Made by a program: the position numbers and the translations under genes
In this document: piece by piece, positions 30,552 through 40,585 of the stretch
Layout of the letters: the number at the start of each line of letters is the position of its first letter
Position numbering within the stretch: position 1 is the first letter of the stretch
DNA from: a virus
IMG/VR virus record: IMGVR_UViG_3300047172_000052
Coordinates: 13,854 to 77,853 of that record
Length of the DNA: 64,000 nucleotides
Strand: one strand, 5' to 3'
The notes under the pieces: generated by a model
The model's input: the letters and a program-made list of their open reading frames with translations, nothing else
What the model was told of the DNA's origin: nothing
Databases searched by the model: none

Positions 30552-31830
30552 ATGGTGAAGGTTCCCTACACGATCACACCGACCGCGATTTCGGTCCTGG
30601 TCAACAACCGGATGCGGGTGCTGAACAGCACCAACGTGAACTTCGGCGCGCTGCGGGATCACCTGCGGCTGGCGGACCATGACGTCGATCTGATCGCCGA
30701 CCTCGTCGACATCTCCACCTTCATCGCCCGTGCGACGTTCGGTCGCGTCCAGATCGGCGATGCCGGCGTCAAGTGGGACGGCACCAATGTCGGCAACGTC
30801 ATCGCCGATCGCCTGCTGGAACTGCTGCGCGGCGGCCATGACCTGGAGCCGCTGGCGCGGTTCCTTGAACGCCTGATGGAGAACCCGCTGCAGACGGCGA
30901 AGGACGAACTCTACCTGTGGCTGGAGAGCGGCAACGCCCCGATCACGCCGGACGGCTACTTCCTGGCGTTCAAGGCGGTTCGTCACGACTACAAGGACAA
31001 GTATTCCGGCACGTTCGACAATTCGGTCGGGCAGATCGTCTCCATGCCTCGCGAACAGGTCGACCCCGATCGGCAAAATGAGTGCTCGCGTGGGCTGCAC
31101 TTCTGCTCGCACGACTATCTGCAGAACTTCGCCAGCCAGGGCAATCCGATCATGATCGTCAAGATCGATCCGGCGGACGTCGTTGCGATCCTGAAGGACT
31201 ACAACAACCAGAAGGGACGCACGTGGCGCTACGAGGTGGTCGGCGAGGTCCCGCAGGACGAGACGGCGAGCTTTTTTCCAAGGGCGACCTGTGGTGCAGG
31301 TGTATTCGGCGCCGGTCGATGAAGAAGGTGTCGAGGCCGATGACGACGGCGACGACATCGTGGGGAGCGACGAGACGGAGGACGTCGATGGGAGTGGTCT
31401 GAAGATCGAGGACGTCAACGTCGGCGACAGCTTACTCTGCCTCCGCGATGAGGAAGACATGACTGAGGGCAACACCTACGTCGTGATCGACCTGAGCGAA
31501 GAATTCTCTGAGGTTATGGTTACCGATGATGCCGAGAACGAGTCCTGGTGCGACGTCTCCCTCTTCAAGAAGGTCGATCCTGTCGTCGGACATTTCGCCC
31601 CCGCCGAGAGCGTCGTCGAGCCGGCGCCGGAACCCGAGGATGATGTAGTCACCGAGGCGGCGCCCGGCACGCCGGAACTGATGTTCACCGCGAAGGGCGG
31701 CAGGTCCTACCTCGCCAGCGAGGTGCGAAACCTGCTCAGCGAGCATGGGCAGCGCGGCATGTCCCGCCTGACCGGCGTGCCCCGAACGACGATCCAGGAT
31801 TGGGTGAAGGCGATCAACGCCAACGCCTGA
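30552..31830 (+). CDS. rIIB: RIIB-like protein, split by a +1 frameshift near 31272-31277, with acidic linker and C-terminal HTH
   Basis: ITPDG.FLAFK.V..DY.D...MPR..VD.D...CSRGLH.C...P.DVV.I..DY...KGR...YEVVGE; removing one T from CTTTTTTCC joins it to ORF 31291-31830. Confidence 0.85.
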
Positions 31831-31840
31831 TCCAGCCAGG

Positions 31841-31951
31841 GAGAGGGAGCATCGACTGGTAGATGCGAACGATGTCGAGAGCGACGTGGGATCGATCGTC
31901 ACCCATTAGCACCGCTTCGTTGGGGAGGTTCGAATCCTCTTCCTCTCACCA
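31841..31951 (+). ncRNA. tRNA-like RNA 1 (111 nt, enlarged anticodon domain)
   Basis: GAGAGGG/TCCTCTC-A-CCA acceptor stem, CATC/GATG D-stem, GGAGG-TTCGAAT-CCTCT T-arm. Confidence 0.75.
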
Positions 31952-31965
31952 TCTTGCTAGTTTCT

Positions 31966-32063
31966 TCCGGTGCCACTTGCAATGGCCTTGATGACCGAAA
32001 GTCCGGCGCTGGACAAGTAGGACTGAGCCTGAACAGGGGGTGGAACTCCCCCGACCGGAGCCA
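31966..32063 (+). ncRNA. tRNA-like RNA 2 (98 nt, K-turn-like and loop-E-like motifs)
   Basis: TCCGGT/ACCGGA-G-CCA, GGGGG-TGGAACT-CCCCC T-arm, TGATGA...CTGA and GAA/AGTA motifs. Confidence 0.65.
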
Positions 32064-32084
32064 TTTTTGAGAGGAGAACTGTCC

Positions 32085-32468
32085 TTGCCCATCATCTTCC
32101 AGCACCGCGTCTACCGCTCCGACCTGCAGAACAATCCGGACGTCCTCTACCTGTTCGGCGACAACGATGAGCGCACGGGCTACGGAGGACAGGCTGGCGA
32201 GATGCGGGACGAGGAGAACGCGGTCGGCGTGCGGACGAAGTTCCGACCTGGAATGGAACGCCGAGACTTCTTCAACGATAGCTTCTACAGGGACGCGTGT
32301 GAGATGATCTACACCGACCTGGAACGGGCGCGTGAGCACCTGGAGAAGGGTGGCGTCCTGGTCATTCCTTCGGATGGACTCGGCACAGGTCTGTCCCGGC
32401 TTCCGGAACTGGCGCCGCGCATCAATGCGTATCTGGTCGAGGAACTGGAGAAGCTGAAGGAGTTGTAG
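32085..32468 (+). CDS. Conserved phage protein, macro-domain-like
   Basis: YLFGDN..R.G.GGQA..MR...NA.G.RTK...P.DGLGTGL motif. Confidence 0.6.
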   Translation: MPIIFQHRVYRSDLQNNPDVLYLFGDNDERTGYGGQAGEMRDEENAVGVRTKFRPGMERRDFFNDSFYRDACEMIYTDLERAREHLEKGGVLVIPSDGLGTGLSRLPELAPRINAYLVEELEKLKEL

Positions 32469-32471
32469 GAC

Positions 32472-33523
32472 GTGTGCATGCGCACCTGCCCCTGCTGCGG
32501 CTCGAATGACCACGTCGGCCCATTATACGGTCTCGGCGGTTCGGTGATCTATTGCAACCGCTGCCCCGCAGTCCTGGCGAACCGGCGTGACATCGAAGCC
32601 GCTCCGATCGACCTGACGGAGGCGCAGGCCGAAGACTGGATGTGGCGTGGCTCCGGCGTGCTGTCAGGCGCTGAAGCACTTGACCCTGCTGACGACGAAA
32701 TGTTCGGGCCAAACCGCTGGCCTGTTCCTGCTTCTTCCCCCTGAACCAAGGAGACTGTCCATGTCCGACGAAACCCACTGCTGTGACGCTGCCACACCCG
32801 ACGAAGCCCCCCGCCACAAGGCGACCCTCGCCGATCAGTGCCGCAAGCTGTTCGGGGAGGCCTTCCTCCTCAAGGAGGCGGCAATCAAGGCCGAGTCCGA
32901 TGCGCTAGGCGCCGATTGGACGTTCGGCGTCAACCAAGCGAACCTGGAGATCGAAAGCGTCCGTGGAGACCTGCTCAACGCAGCACGCAACATGGAATCC
33001 AGGCTCTACATCTGTGCCGGCTACTACGAGCCGGGTGAGCAGCAACCGTCCATCAGCCAGATCGCCTACGCCGTGACGATCGCCGAACTGCTGACGCTGG
33101 ACGGCTTCACGGCGGACATGGAGGTCAAGTCGACCGGAGGCACGTGCCGTCTGATCGGGGTCATGGTCGACTGGAACTGATCTAGCGACAGTCATGAAGA
33201 TAACCGGGGCTGAGTGGAAGGAATTCGAAAAGACCGGATGGCCTGAGGGCTACGTCTGGTATGAGGATTCCGTCTTCGAGGATGGAACAGACCTGTATCT
33301 AGCGAACGGCAACATCCGCTTCGCAGATGCTGAGACGTTCGTCCTTCCCGAGTCCTGGTGCATCGTCCCGGAGTCCTTAGTCTCGTCAGAGACTTTGTCG
33401 CTGCGATCGGTGGTCAAGAGGTGGCGCAAGGTTCGCGAATTCGTAATGCTCGTCGTGACGGTTACGCGTGGCCAGGAAGAAGCTGCGAAAAAGCTCATTG
33501 CTTCGGCTGGCTGGAAGTGCTGA
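32472..33523 (+). other. Three small hypothetical genes
   Basis: 32472-32744 (CPCCG..CNRC), 32761-33180, 33194-33523. Confidence 0.65.
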
Positions 33524-35337
33524 TCGACTACCAAGACGGCGTCTACATAGCGAACATCGCCTTCCAAGAAAGGGCGATGTTCGCCGATGCCCATTGGGTG
33601 TTCAGCGAGACGCGCAAGCGGTGGGTGACGTCCGACCCGGATAAGGCATTTGCCTTCAAGGCGTTCACCTCCCAGGCGGCGCATGACGCCCTGCTGGCGT
33701 GGCTTGCTTCGGAGGATGGCGCCGTCCAACTGTCTCGGGCCACTGACGCCGACATCGACGTCCCAGTCCCTCCAGGACTGGCTTACGACCCATTCCAGGT
33801 TGCCGGCATCGCCTACGCCCACACCAGGAAGGACACCCTGATCGCTGATCCTCCAGGCCTCGGCAAGACGATCCAGGCGATCGGCGTGAGCAACTACAAC
33901 CCCTGGATCAAACGCGTCCTGGTGGTTTGCCCTGGCGGTCTGAAGAAGAACTGGAGCCGCGAGTGGGAGAAGTGGGACGTCAAGGGGCTCACTGTCGGTA
34001 TGGCGCGGTCGGTGACGAAGAGTTCCGTCGCCAAGGACGAACAGGGGAACACCATCAAAGGCTTCAACGGCAAGTCCGTGCGGCGCTCCTGGACCGAACA
34101 TTTCTGGCCTGACACCCAGGTGGTGGTGGTCAGCTACGAAATGCTGCCTGACTTCGAGGCGGAAATCCGCAACATGACTTGGGACATGCTCGTCTGTGAC
34201 GAGGCGCAAAAATTGGTGAGTGAAGGCACCATCCGCACGCGACACGTCCTCGGCGCCGGGGCGCACACCAAGAAGATCAAGGTCGACGGGAAGATCACCA
34301 AGAAGCGCATCCCCACCGTGACGCCGATCCCAGCCAAGAAGCGCCTGTTCCTGACCGGCACGCCGATCATGTCGCGCCCGCTGGACGTCTGGACGCTGTG
34401 CAAGGCATGCGACCCCCACGGCCTGGGCAACAACTGGATGACGTTCGTCTACACCTACTGCGCGGCACACACGAACTTTGGGCGCCTGGACACCTCCGGC
34501 GCCTCTAACCTGGACAAGCTCCAGCGGGGACTGCGCAAGGCGTTCATGGTGCGACGGAACAAGGCGGACGTGCTGAAGGACCTGCCGCCGAAGCGCCGGC
34601 AACTGATCGAGCTTCCGGCGGACGGCCTCGCCAAGCTGGTCGACCGGGAAGTCTCCGCAATGGCGCGTGTGCGCGAAGCCCTGAGAGCCTACGAGGCGGC
34701 TGCACTCGGGATCGAGCTACCACCGCCCGAGGACTGGACCGGCCTGTGGGATGTCCTGGAGCGCCGTTTCGGGGGGCTTGCCCACCTGGACTACGCGGAG
34801 CGGGCGAAGCACCTCACGCCGGCTGAGCAGGTGGCGTTCGAGGAGATGTCGCAGGCCAGGAAGGACTTGGCGGCGGCGAAGATACCGATGGTGGTGGAGC
34901 ACCTGGAGAACCTGCTGTCGAGCGGGGAGAAGGTGATTTGCTTCTGCGTTCACACCGAGGTGGCGCAAGCACTCCGTGAGAAGTTCCCCGGCTGCGCATT
35001 CATCACCGGCAAGGTGGCGATGGACAAGCGCCAGGATGAAGTCGATCGCTTCCAGGACGATCCAACCTGCAACCTGCTGGTCGGCAATCTGACTGCTGCC
35101 GGTGTTGGCTTCACCATGACGGCTTCGTCTACGGTTGTATGCGCTGAACTTGACTGGGTTCCGTCTGTCATGGAACAGGCGGAAGACCGCGCATGGCGAC
35201 GCGGACAAAAGAACGCCGTCCTGGTTCAGCACCTAGTCGTTGAGGGGAGCCTAGATGCCCACCTCGTGGAGGTGCTTCTGGCGAAGCAAGAAATTGTTTC
35301 TGCGGCGCTTGACGTAAGCCATACTGACGTGCGATAG
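33517..35337 (+). CDS. SNF2/SMARCAL1-like helicase
   Basis: LIAD.PGLGKT, DEAQ, LTGTP, RRNK.DVL.DLP.K, AAGVG.T...QAEDRAWRRGQ. Confidence 0.92.
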   Translation: MLIDYQDGVYIANIAFQERAMFADAHWVFSETRKRWVTSDPDKAFAFKAFTSQAAHDALLAWLASEDGAVQLSRATDADIDVPVPPGLAYDPFQVAGIAYAHTRKDTLIADPPGLGKTIQAIGVSNYNPWIKRVLVVCPGGLKKNWSREWEKWDVKGLTVGMARSVTKSSVAKDEQGNTIKGFNGKSVRRSWTEHFWPDTQVVVVSYEMLPDFEAEIRNMTWDMLVCDEAQKLVSEGTIRTRHVLGAGAHTKKIKVDGKITKKRIPTVTPIPAKKRLFLTGTPIMSRPLDVWTLCKACDPHGLGNNWMTFVYTYCAAHTNFGRLDTSGASNLDKLQRGLRKAFMVRRNKADVLKDLPPKRRQLIELPADGLAKLVDREVSAMARVREALRAYEAAALGIELPPPEDWTGLWDVLERRFGGLAHLDYAERAKHLTPAEQVAFEEMSQARKDLAAAKIPMVVEHLENLLSSGEKVICFCVHTEVAQALREKFPGCAFITGKVAMDKRQDEVDRFQDDPTCNLLVGNLTAAGVGFTMTASSTVVCAELDWVPSVMEQAEDRAWRRGQKNAVLVQHLVVEGSLDAHLVEVLLAKQEIVSAALDVSHTDVR

Positions 35338-35347
35338 GACCGCTTAC

Positions 35348-35914
35348 ATGAGCACAACCAAACGCCCCGGCCTGATCCTCACCTCCAATGGCAACCAGTT
35401 CGACGTTGCCAACCCGTCCGCAGACGATGTGGACGTGGAGGTGATCGCGCATGCGCTGTCGAATGCCTGCCGGTTCGGGAACCAGACGCGATCCTTCTAC
35501 TCCGTCGCACAGCACTCGGTGATCGTCTCGGTGTTGGTGCCGGACTTCCTGGAACTGCCGGCGCTGCTGCATGATGCGACCGAGGCCTATCTGCACGACC
35601 TCCCCCGTCCAGTGAAGGCCCTGCTTCCGGAATACAAGGTTCTGGAGGCTCGTCTAGCGAGGGTGATCGCGAAGGCGTTTCAGCTTCCGAAGAACATCTT
35701 CGAGCACCCCATCATCAAGCAGATGGACAGCAAGCTCCAGGCGATGGAAGCCCAGGTTCTCATGGAGAACCCCGCTGCCGTCTACGAGTGGTGCGGCGGT
35801 CGACCGGATCAGACGATCTTCGACATCGACAACACCTTCAAGCCGATGACACCGCTGGAATCGAAGCGGTTCTTCCTGACGCGATATGAGTGGTTGAGAT
35901 GGGGGCCGCGATGA
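35348..35914 (+). CDS. HD-domain deoxynucleotidase (YfdR/YfbR-like)
   Basis: IAHALS..CRF, FYSVAQHS, ALLHDATEAY..D.P.P.K. Confidence 0.88.
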   Translation: MSTTKRPGLILTSNGNQFDVANPSADDVDVEVIAHALSNACRFGNQTRSFYSVAQHSVIVSVLVPDFLELPALLHDATEAYLHDLPRPVKALLPEYKVLEARLARVIAKAFQLPKNIFEHPIIKQMDSKLQAMEAQVLMENPAAVYEWCGGRPDQTIFDIDNTFKPMTPLESKRFFLTRYEWLRWGPR

Positions 35915-36522
35915 CAGCAATCACGACACTAGCGCCGGTAACCGATCCCGCGATGATCGGCTCGAACTTCAAGCGGCGCGAACTGGACTTCTATCCGACA
36001 CCGGAATGGGTGAGCGCGGCGGTGCTGCCCACGCTGAAGGCACTCCGTCCTGACATCACCACAGCGTGGGAATGCGCCTGTGGCGATGGTGCCATGTCTG
36101 AGGTTCTGAAGGAGCAATACTTGGTATGGTCCTCGGACATCTTCAACTACGGATACGAGGACGCAGTCCACACCGACTTCCTGGCCGTGCCGGACAATTA
36201 CCACAGCAAGCGGGCGATCATCACCAACCCGCCATACGGCGATCTCGCCGAGGCGTTCATCCGCCAAGCATTGCGGCTGACCAAGCACCATCGCGGAATG
36301 GTCGCCATGCTGCTCCGGAACGAATACGACACCGCGAAGGGGCGCGTCGACCTGTTCAATCAGTATCCGTTCGCCTGCAAGCTGGTGCTCACGACGCGCC
36401 CCAGGTGGATACCAGGGACGACCGGCGCGCCGCGACATTCCTACGCTTGGTTCATCTGGGACTGGGAACACTTCAAGCCTCCGATGCTCCGTTACCATGT
36501 GCGAGGGGGTAATTCCGAATGA
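35911..36522 (+). CDS. Amino-methyltransferase (N6A/N4C)-like protein
   Basis: DFYPTP, WECACGDG, ITNPPY, YAWFIW. Confidence 0.85.
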   Translation: MTAITTLAPVTDPAMIGSNFKRRELDFYPTPEWVSAAVLPTLKALRPDITTAWECACGDGAMSEVLKEQYLVWSSDIFNYGYEDAVHTDFLAVPDNYHSKRAIITNPPYGDLAEAFIRQALRLTKHHRGMVAMLLRNEYDTAKGRVDLFNQYPFACKLVLTTRPRWIPGTTGAPRHSYAWFIWDWEHFKPPMLRYHVRGGNSE

Positions 36523-38105
36523 CACGACTCACGCAAGCCAACATCACGAAGGTCTATCCTGCGCTACTGAAGAAGTATGGCAGCCAGCGGGAAGTGGCCT
36601 GCGTTACAGGCGTGCCTCGCTCGACGATCCAGGAGTGGTTGAAGAACGCAGCGGCGACGCAATTCACCTCACGCAAGCAGGCGAAGCCCGTCATCATCGC
36701 TGCACCGCGCCGGGAGACGAAGCGGTTCATATTCACGTCCGCGCAGGACAACACCTCCGTCCACGAAGGATTCATGGACAACCTGGAGTCCTACGCCGCC
36801 TACATCGGCGCCAAACTCCATGTCGGTCGGTTCACCTACAACAAGCGCCTGTTCGAGGACAATCGGAAGGATGCAGCCAACTACTGGCATGAGCGCATAC
36901 TTCCTTATGTCACCGACGACCAGTTCCACCTGGGTGACGACTTGGTCTTCTGCGGCGAGATGAATACGCTGCCGACCGCGACCGCGCCGCTGACCGGCTT
37001 CCACACCTACACGCGCCACAAGTCCGGCATCTTTCCGCACGCCAAGATTCAGCTTGTCAGCGTTCCGACGATGATGGGCACGCGACCGAAGATCATCATG
37101 ACGACGGGCGCCTGCACGCTGCCCAACTACGTGCAGCGCCGCGCCGGCATCCTAGCGGAGTTCCATCACCAGATCGGCGCCGTCATCGTCGAGATCGATC
37201 GCGACGGCGACCACTTCTGCCGGCACCTGATCGCAGAGAAGGATGGCAGCTTCCAAGACCTGACGCGCTATGTGAGCGGCGGCACCGTAGTCGACGGATG
37301 CTCGGTGCAGGCGATCACCTGGGGTGACATCCACCTGGAGAAGATGGACCCGCAGGTGGCCTACGCGTGTTGGGGGATCGGCGCGACCGACATTGTAGGA
37401 CGTGCCGACTCCATGCTTGAGGTGTTGCGCCCCCAGTTCCAGTTCTTCCACGACACAACCGACTTCACCTACCGCAACCACCACAACATCAAGGACCCGC
37501 ACTTCCGCTATCAGATGTGGCAGAACAACACCGAGAGCGTGGAATACACGTTCATGAAGGTTCAGCGGTTCCTGATCGACACCAAGCGGGACTGGTGTCG
37601 CACGATCGTCGTCGAGAGCAACCACGACGTGGCAGTGAAGCGGTGGCTGAAGGAAGCCGACTGGCGTTTCGATCCGCCCAACGCGAAGTTCTACCTGCGC
37701 GCCCAGGCCGCGATCCTGGATGCGATCGATCGGGGTGACAGTCTCAACGTCCTGGAATGGGCGGTGAAGAACAACGACCCTGCCGGCCTCTACGGCGTCA
37801 TCTTCCTGCGCGAAGACCGGAGCTTCATGGTCGGCGACATCGAGTGCGGTCTTCACGGTCACCTCGGTGGTAACGGGGCGAAGGGATCGCCGCGTCAGTT
37901 CACCAAGATGGGGCCTAAGGCCAACACAGCGCATACGCACTCGGCTGGGATCATCGACGGCATCTTCACTGCCGGCGTCAGCGGCAAGCTGGACATGGGA
38001 TACAACAAGGGCCTCTCGTCGTGGTCGCACTCGCACATCGTCGTCTATCCGAACGGTCGAAGGACCATCGTGACGATGGCGAACGGGAAGTTCTGCGCGC
38101 TGTAG
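36519..38105 (+). CDS. T5 A1-like metallophosphoesterase/nuclease with N-terminal HTH
   Basis: GDIH, FHD, SNHD, HGH.G.NG.KGS, HTHS, KLDMGYNKG.SSWSHSH...YPNG.R. Confidence 0.8.
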   Translation: MTRLTQANITKVYPALLKKYGSQREVACVTGVPRSTIQEWLKNAAATQFTSRKQAKPVIIAAPRRETKRFIFTSAQDNTSVHEGFMDNLESYAAYIGAKLHVGRFTYNKRLFEDNRKDAANYWHERILPYVTDDQFHLGDDLVFCGEMNTLPTATAPLTGFHTYTRHKSGIFPHAKIQLVSVPTMMGTRPKIIMTTGACTLPNYVQRRAGILAEFHHQIGAVIVEIDRDGDHFCRHLIAEKDGSFQDLTRYVSGGTVVDGCSVQAITWGDIHLEKMDPQVAYACWGIGATDIVGRADSMLEVLRPQFQFFHDTTDFTYRNHHNIKDPHFRYQMWQNNTESVEYTFMKVQRFLIDTKRDWCRTIVVESNHDVAVKRWLKEADWRFDPPNAKFYLRAQAAILDAIDRGDSLNVLEWAVKNNDPAGLYGVIFLREDRSFMVGDIECGLHGHLGGNGAKGSPRQFTKMGPKANTAHTHSAGIIDGIFTAGVSGKLDMGYNKGLSSWSHSHIVVYPNGRRTIVTMANGKFCAL

Positions 38106-38121
38106 GGTAAGGGAGACTGAC

Positions 38122-38424
38122 GTGCGTGAGAAGAAGAGACCAAATCGATCGGTCGAAGGCGTAGCCCATCGAAGTCTGTCCGATCAAATGCGCCGGCAGC
38201 AAGTCCAGGTGGCGATGCCCATCTGGGCCGACCGAGACCTCATGGTGGAGAAGTTCATCGAGGCCGTCGCCAAGACACGCATCACCGGCATCCCTCATGA
38301 GGTGGATCACATCGTGCCATTGAAGGGTAAGAACGTGAGCGGTCTTCATGTGCATCACAATCTGCAGGTGCTCACGAAGCGGGAGAATCAGAGGAAGACG
38401 AACCGGTTCGAGGCGATGGCTTGA
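38122..38424 (+). CDS. HNH endonuclease-like protein
   Basis: HEVDHIVPLKG.NVSGLHV..NLQVL...EN..K.N. Confidence 0.85.
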   Translation: MREKKRPNRSVEGVAHRSLSDQMRRQQVQVAMPIWADRDLMVEKFIEAVAKTRITGIPHEVDHIVPLKGKNVSGLHVHHNLQVLTKRENQRKTNRFEAMA

Positions 38425-40514
38425 CCATTCCTCGCATCCGCACCGCCATATTTGATGTGGAAACCAATGGGCTGCTGCCCACGCTGAATCGCATCCATTG
38501 TCTCGGCATCCGAGACTACGATCGCCGTGTCACCCACCGCTTCCGGCGCAACGACGTGATGGACAACATCATCGAAGGCGTCGAGCTTCTCGAAGACGCC
38601 GAGATGGTGGTGGGGCACAACATCCTGCACTTCGACATCCAGGCGATCGACAAGTGCTACGAGGACTTCACGCTGCGCGGCAAGATCATGGACACGCTGC
38701 CCATGTGCCGCATGGTCTTCGCGAACCAGAAGGACAAGGACTTCCGCCTGTTCGAGAAGGGGAAACTGCCCGGCAAGCTGATCGGCTCGCACACCCTCGG
38801 CGCCTGGGGTCACCGGCTCGGGCTGAACAAGGGCGACTACAAGGACGTGATGGAGGCCAAGGCCAAGGAACTAGGCATCACGGACGAGGAGGAGATCGCC
38901 AAGTTCGTCTGGGGCCAATGGAGCATGGACATGGAGGACTACATGGTCCTCGACGTCGACGTGAACGTGCTCCTCTATGAGCGCATCCTGCGTGAGAACT
39001 GGGCGCCATCCTCCACCCAGCTAGAGCATGCCATCCATGACCTGATGGGGCAGCAGGAGCGCAACGGCATCGACTTCGACGTTCCCGCTGCCACAGCCCT
39101 TGCAGACCACCTGCAAGCAGAAGCCTCACGCCTGTCGGACGAAGCCGTCAAGCATTTCGGCAAGTGGTGGAAGCCGGCAAAGAAGCATCAGGTCAAAGCC
39201 TTGTGGGACGACCCCGAGGGCAAGAACAAGGCGAAGACCTACGCCGCGCCGCGCGCCGAGTTCGGCGAGGACATGAGCCGCGCCGTGTGGGGAGAGGTCA
39301 CGGTCCCGAAGAAGCGGATGGTCTTCAAGGACGTCCTGAAGGGCACACGCGACCCGGAGGCGCCATACTGCGCGATCACCCTGGCGGAGTTCAACCCCAA
39401 CTCCAGGCCGCAGATCATCGATCGCTTCACGACGGTCTACGGGTGGAACCCGGTCGACTTCACAGAGACCGGCAACCCTGAGGTCAGCGACTCCGTCCTG
39501 CGCACGCTGATCGGTCACATCCCGATGGCGGAGGAACTGGCGGAGGTCTTCTACTACAAGAAGCGCCTGGGGATGATCCGCGACGGCGCCAACGCGTGGC
39601 TGAAGCTGGCGCAGGACGGCAAGATTCACGCCTACGTCAACGTCGGAGGCACGATATCGGGACGCGCCAGCCATGTCAGCCCGAACCTTGCGCAGGTCCC
39701 CAAGGTCAAGAGCAGAAAGGTCAAGCAGACCGACGACACTTTCAAGACAGTCATCCTGAAAGGGCGCGAAGGCTTCCACGGCTGGGAGTGCCGCAGCCTC
39801 TTCTACGTCCCTCAGATCATCAAGGACTTGCGCTGGATGATGACAGGCATCGACCTGTCAGGCATCGAGCTACGCTGCCTTGGCGAGGCCCTGAGGCCCT
39901 TCGACAACGGCGCCTATGCTGAGATCGTCCTGAACGGCGACATCCATACCCACAACATGGTCATGGCTGGCCTGGACAACCGCGACAAGGCCAAGACGTT
40001 CATCTATGCGCTGGTCTACGGTGGTGGCGACACGAAGCTCGGCTCGATCATCAACCCGCTGGCTTCCGAGGAGGAGCAGGCGAGGATCGGGGCCATGCTT
40101 CGCGACCGGTTCATGGCTGGTATTCCAGCTTTCGCCGCCCTGATGAAGCAGATCAAGCGGTGGGCGAAGCGGGGCTACATGCCGGGGCTGGATGGGCGCA
40201 AGCTCTACATCCGTTCGCCGCATAGTGCCCTGAACACCAAACTCCAGTCCGAGGCGGCGCTGATCGCCAAGAAGTGGTGCCTCCTCACCGAGGACTATCT
40301 GCTGGACTCCGGCTACAAACACGGCTGGGACGGCGACTTCGCCGCCCTGCTGTGGGTCCATGACGAGCAGCAGTATGCAAGTCGCGAAGAACTGGCGCCG
40401 ATCGTCGCCCAGTGCGCCATCACGGCGGCGGCGGATGCAGGCAAGTTCTTCGGTTACCTGACGCCCGTAGCCGCCGAGGCGAAGCACGGCAACAACTGGG
40501 CCGAAACGCATTAG
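38421..40514 (+). CDS. polA: Family A DNA polymerase (T7-type: 3-prime exonuclease plus polymerase)
   Basis: FDVET, GHNI..FD, GRASH..PNLAQVP, DLSGIELR (A), RDKAKTFIYALVYG (B), WVHDE (C). Confidence 0.96.
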   Translation: MTIPRIRTAIFDVETNGLLPTLNRIHCLGIRDYDRRVTHRFRRNDVMDNIIEGVELLEDAEMVVGHNILHFDIQAIDKCYEDFTLRGKIMDTLPMCRMVFANQKDKDFRLFEKGKLPGKLIGSHTLGAWGHRLGLNKGDYKDVMEAKAKELGITDEEEIAKFVWGQWSMDMEDYMVLDVDVNVLLYERILRENWAPSSTQLEHAIHDLMGQQERNGIDFDVPAATALADHLQAEASRLSDEAVKHFGKWWKPAKKHQVKALWDDPEGKNKAKTYAAPRAEFGEDMSRAVWGEVTVPKKRMVFKDVLKGTRDPEAPYCAITLAEFNPNSRPQIIDRFTTVYGWNPVDFTETGNPEVSDSVLRTLIGHIPMAEELAEVFYYKKRLGMIRDGANAWLKLAQDGKIHAYVNVGGTISGRASHVSPNLAQVPKVKSRKVKQTDDTFKTVILKGREGFHGWECRSLFYVPQIIKDLRWMMTGIDLSGIELRCLGEALRPFDNGAYAEIVLNGDIHTHNMVMAGLDNRDKAKTFIYALVYGGGDTKLGSIINPLASEEEQARIGAMLRDRFMAGIPAFAALMKQIKRWAKRGYMPGLDGRKLYIRSPHSALNTKLQSEAALIAKKWCLLTEDYLLDSGYKHGWDGDFAALLWVHDEQQYASREELAPIVAQCAITAAADAGKFFGYLTPVAAEAKHGNNWAETH

Positions 40515-40585
40515 TATGCGCGTAATTCTGGTTGACACGCGACGTTCTGACGTGCTTGAACGTCATTCATACTGACGAGGTGCCT

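Noticed and set aside
35348-35914. 2-aminoadenine (Z) genome pathway from the HD hydrolase and MazG-like genes
   Set aside because: No PurZ in the window, the two genes are far apart, and both families are common.
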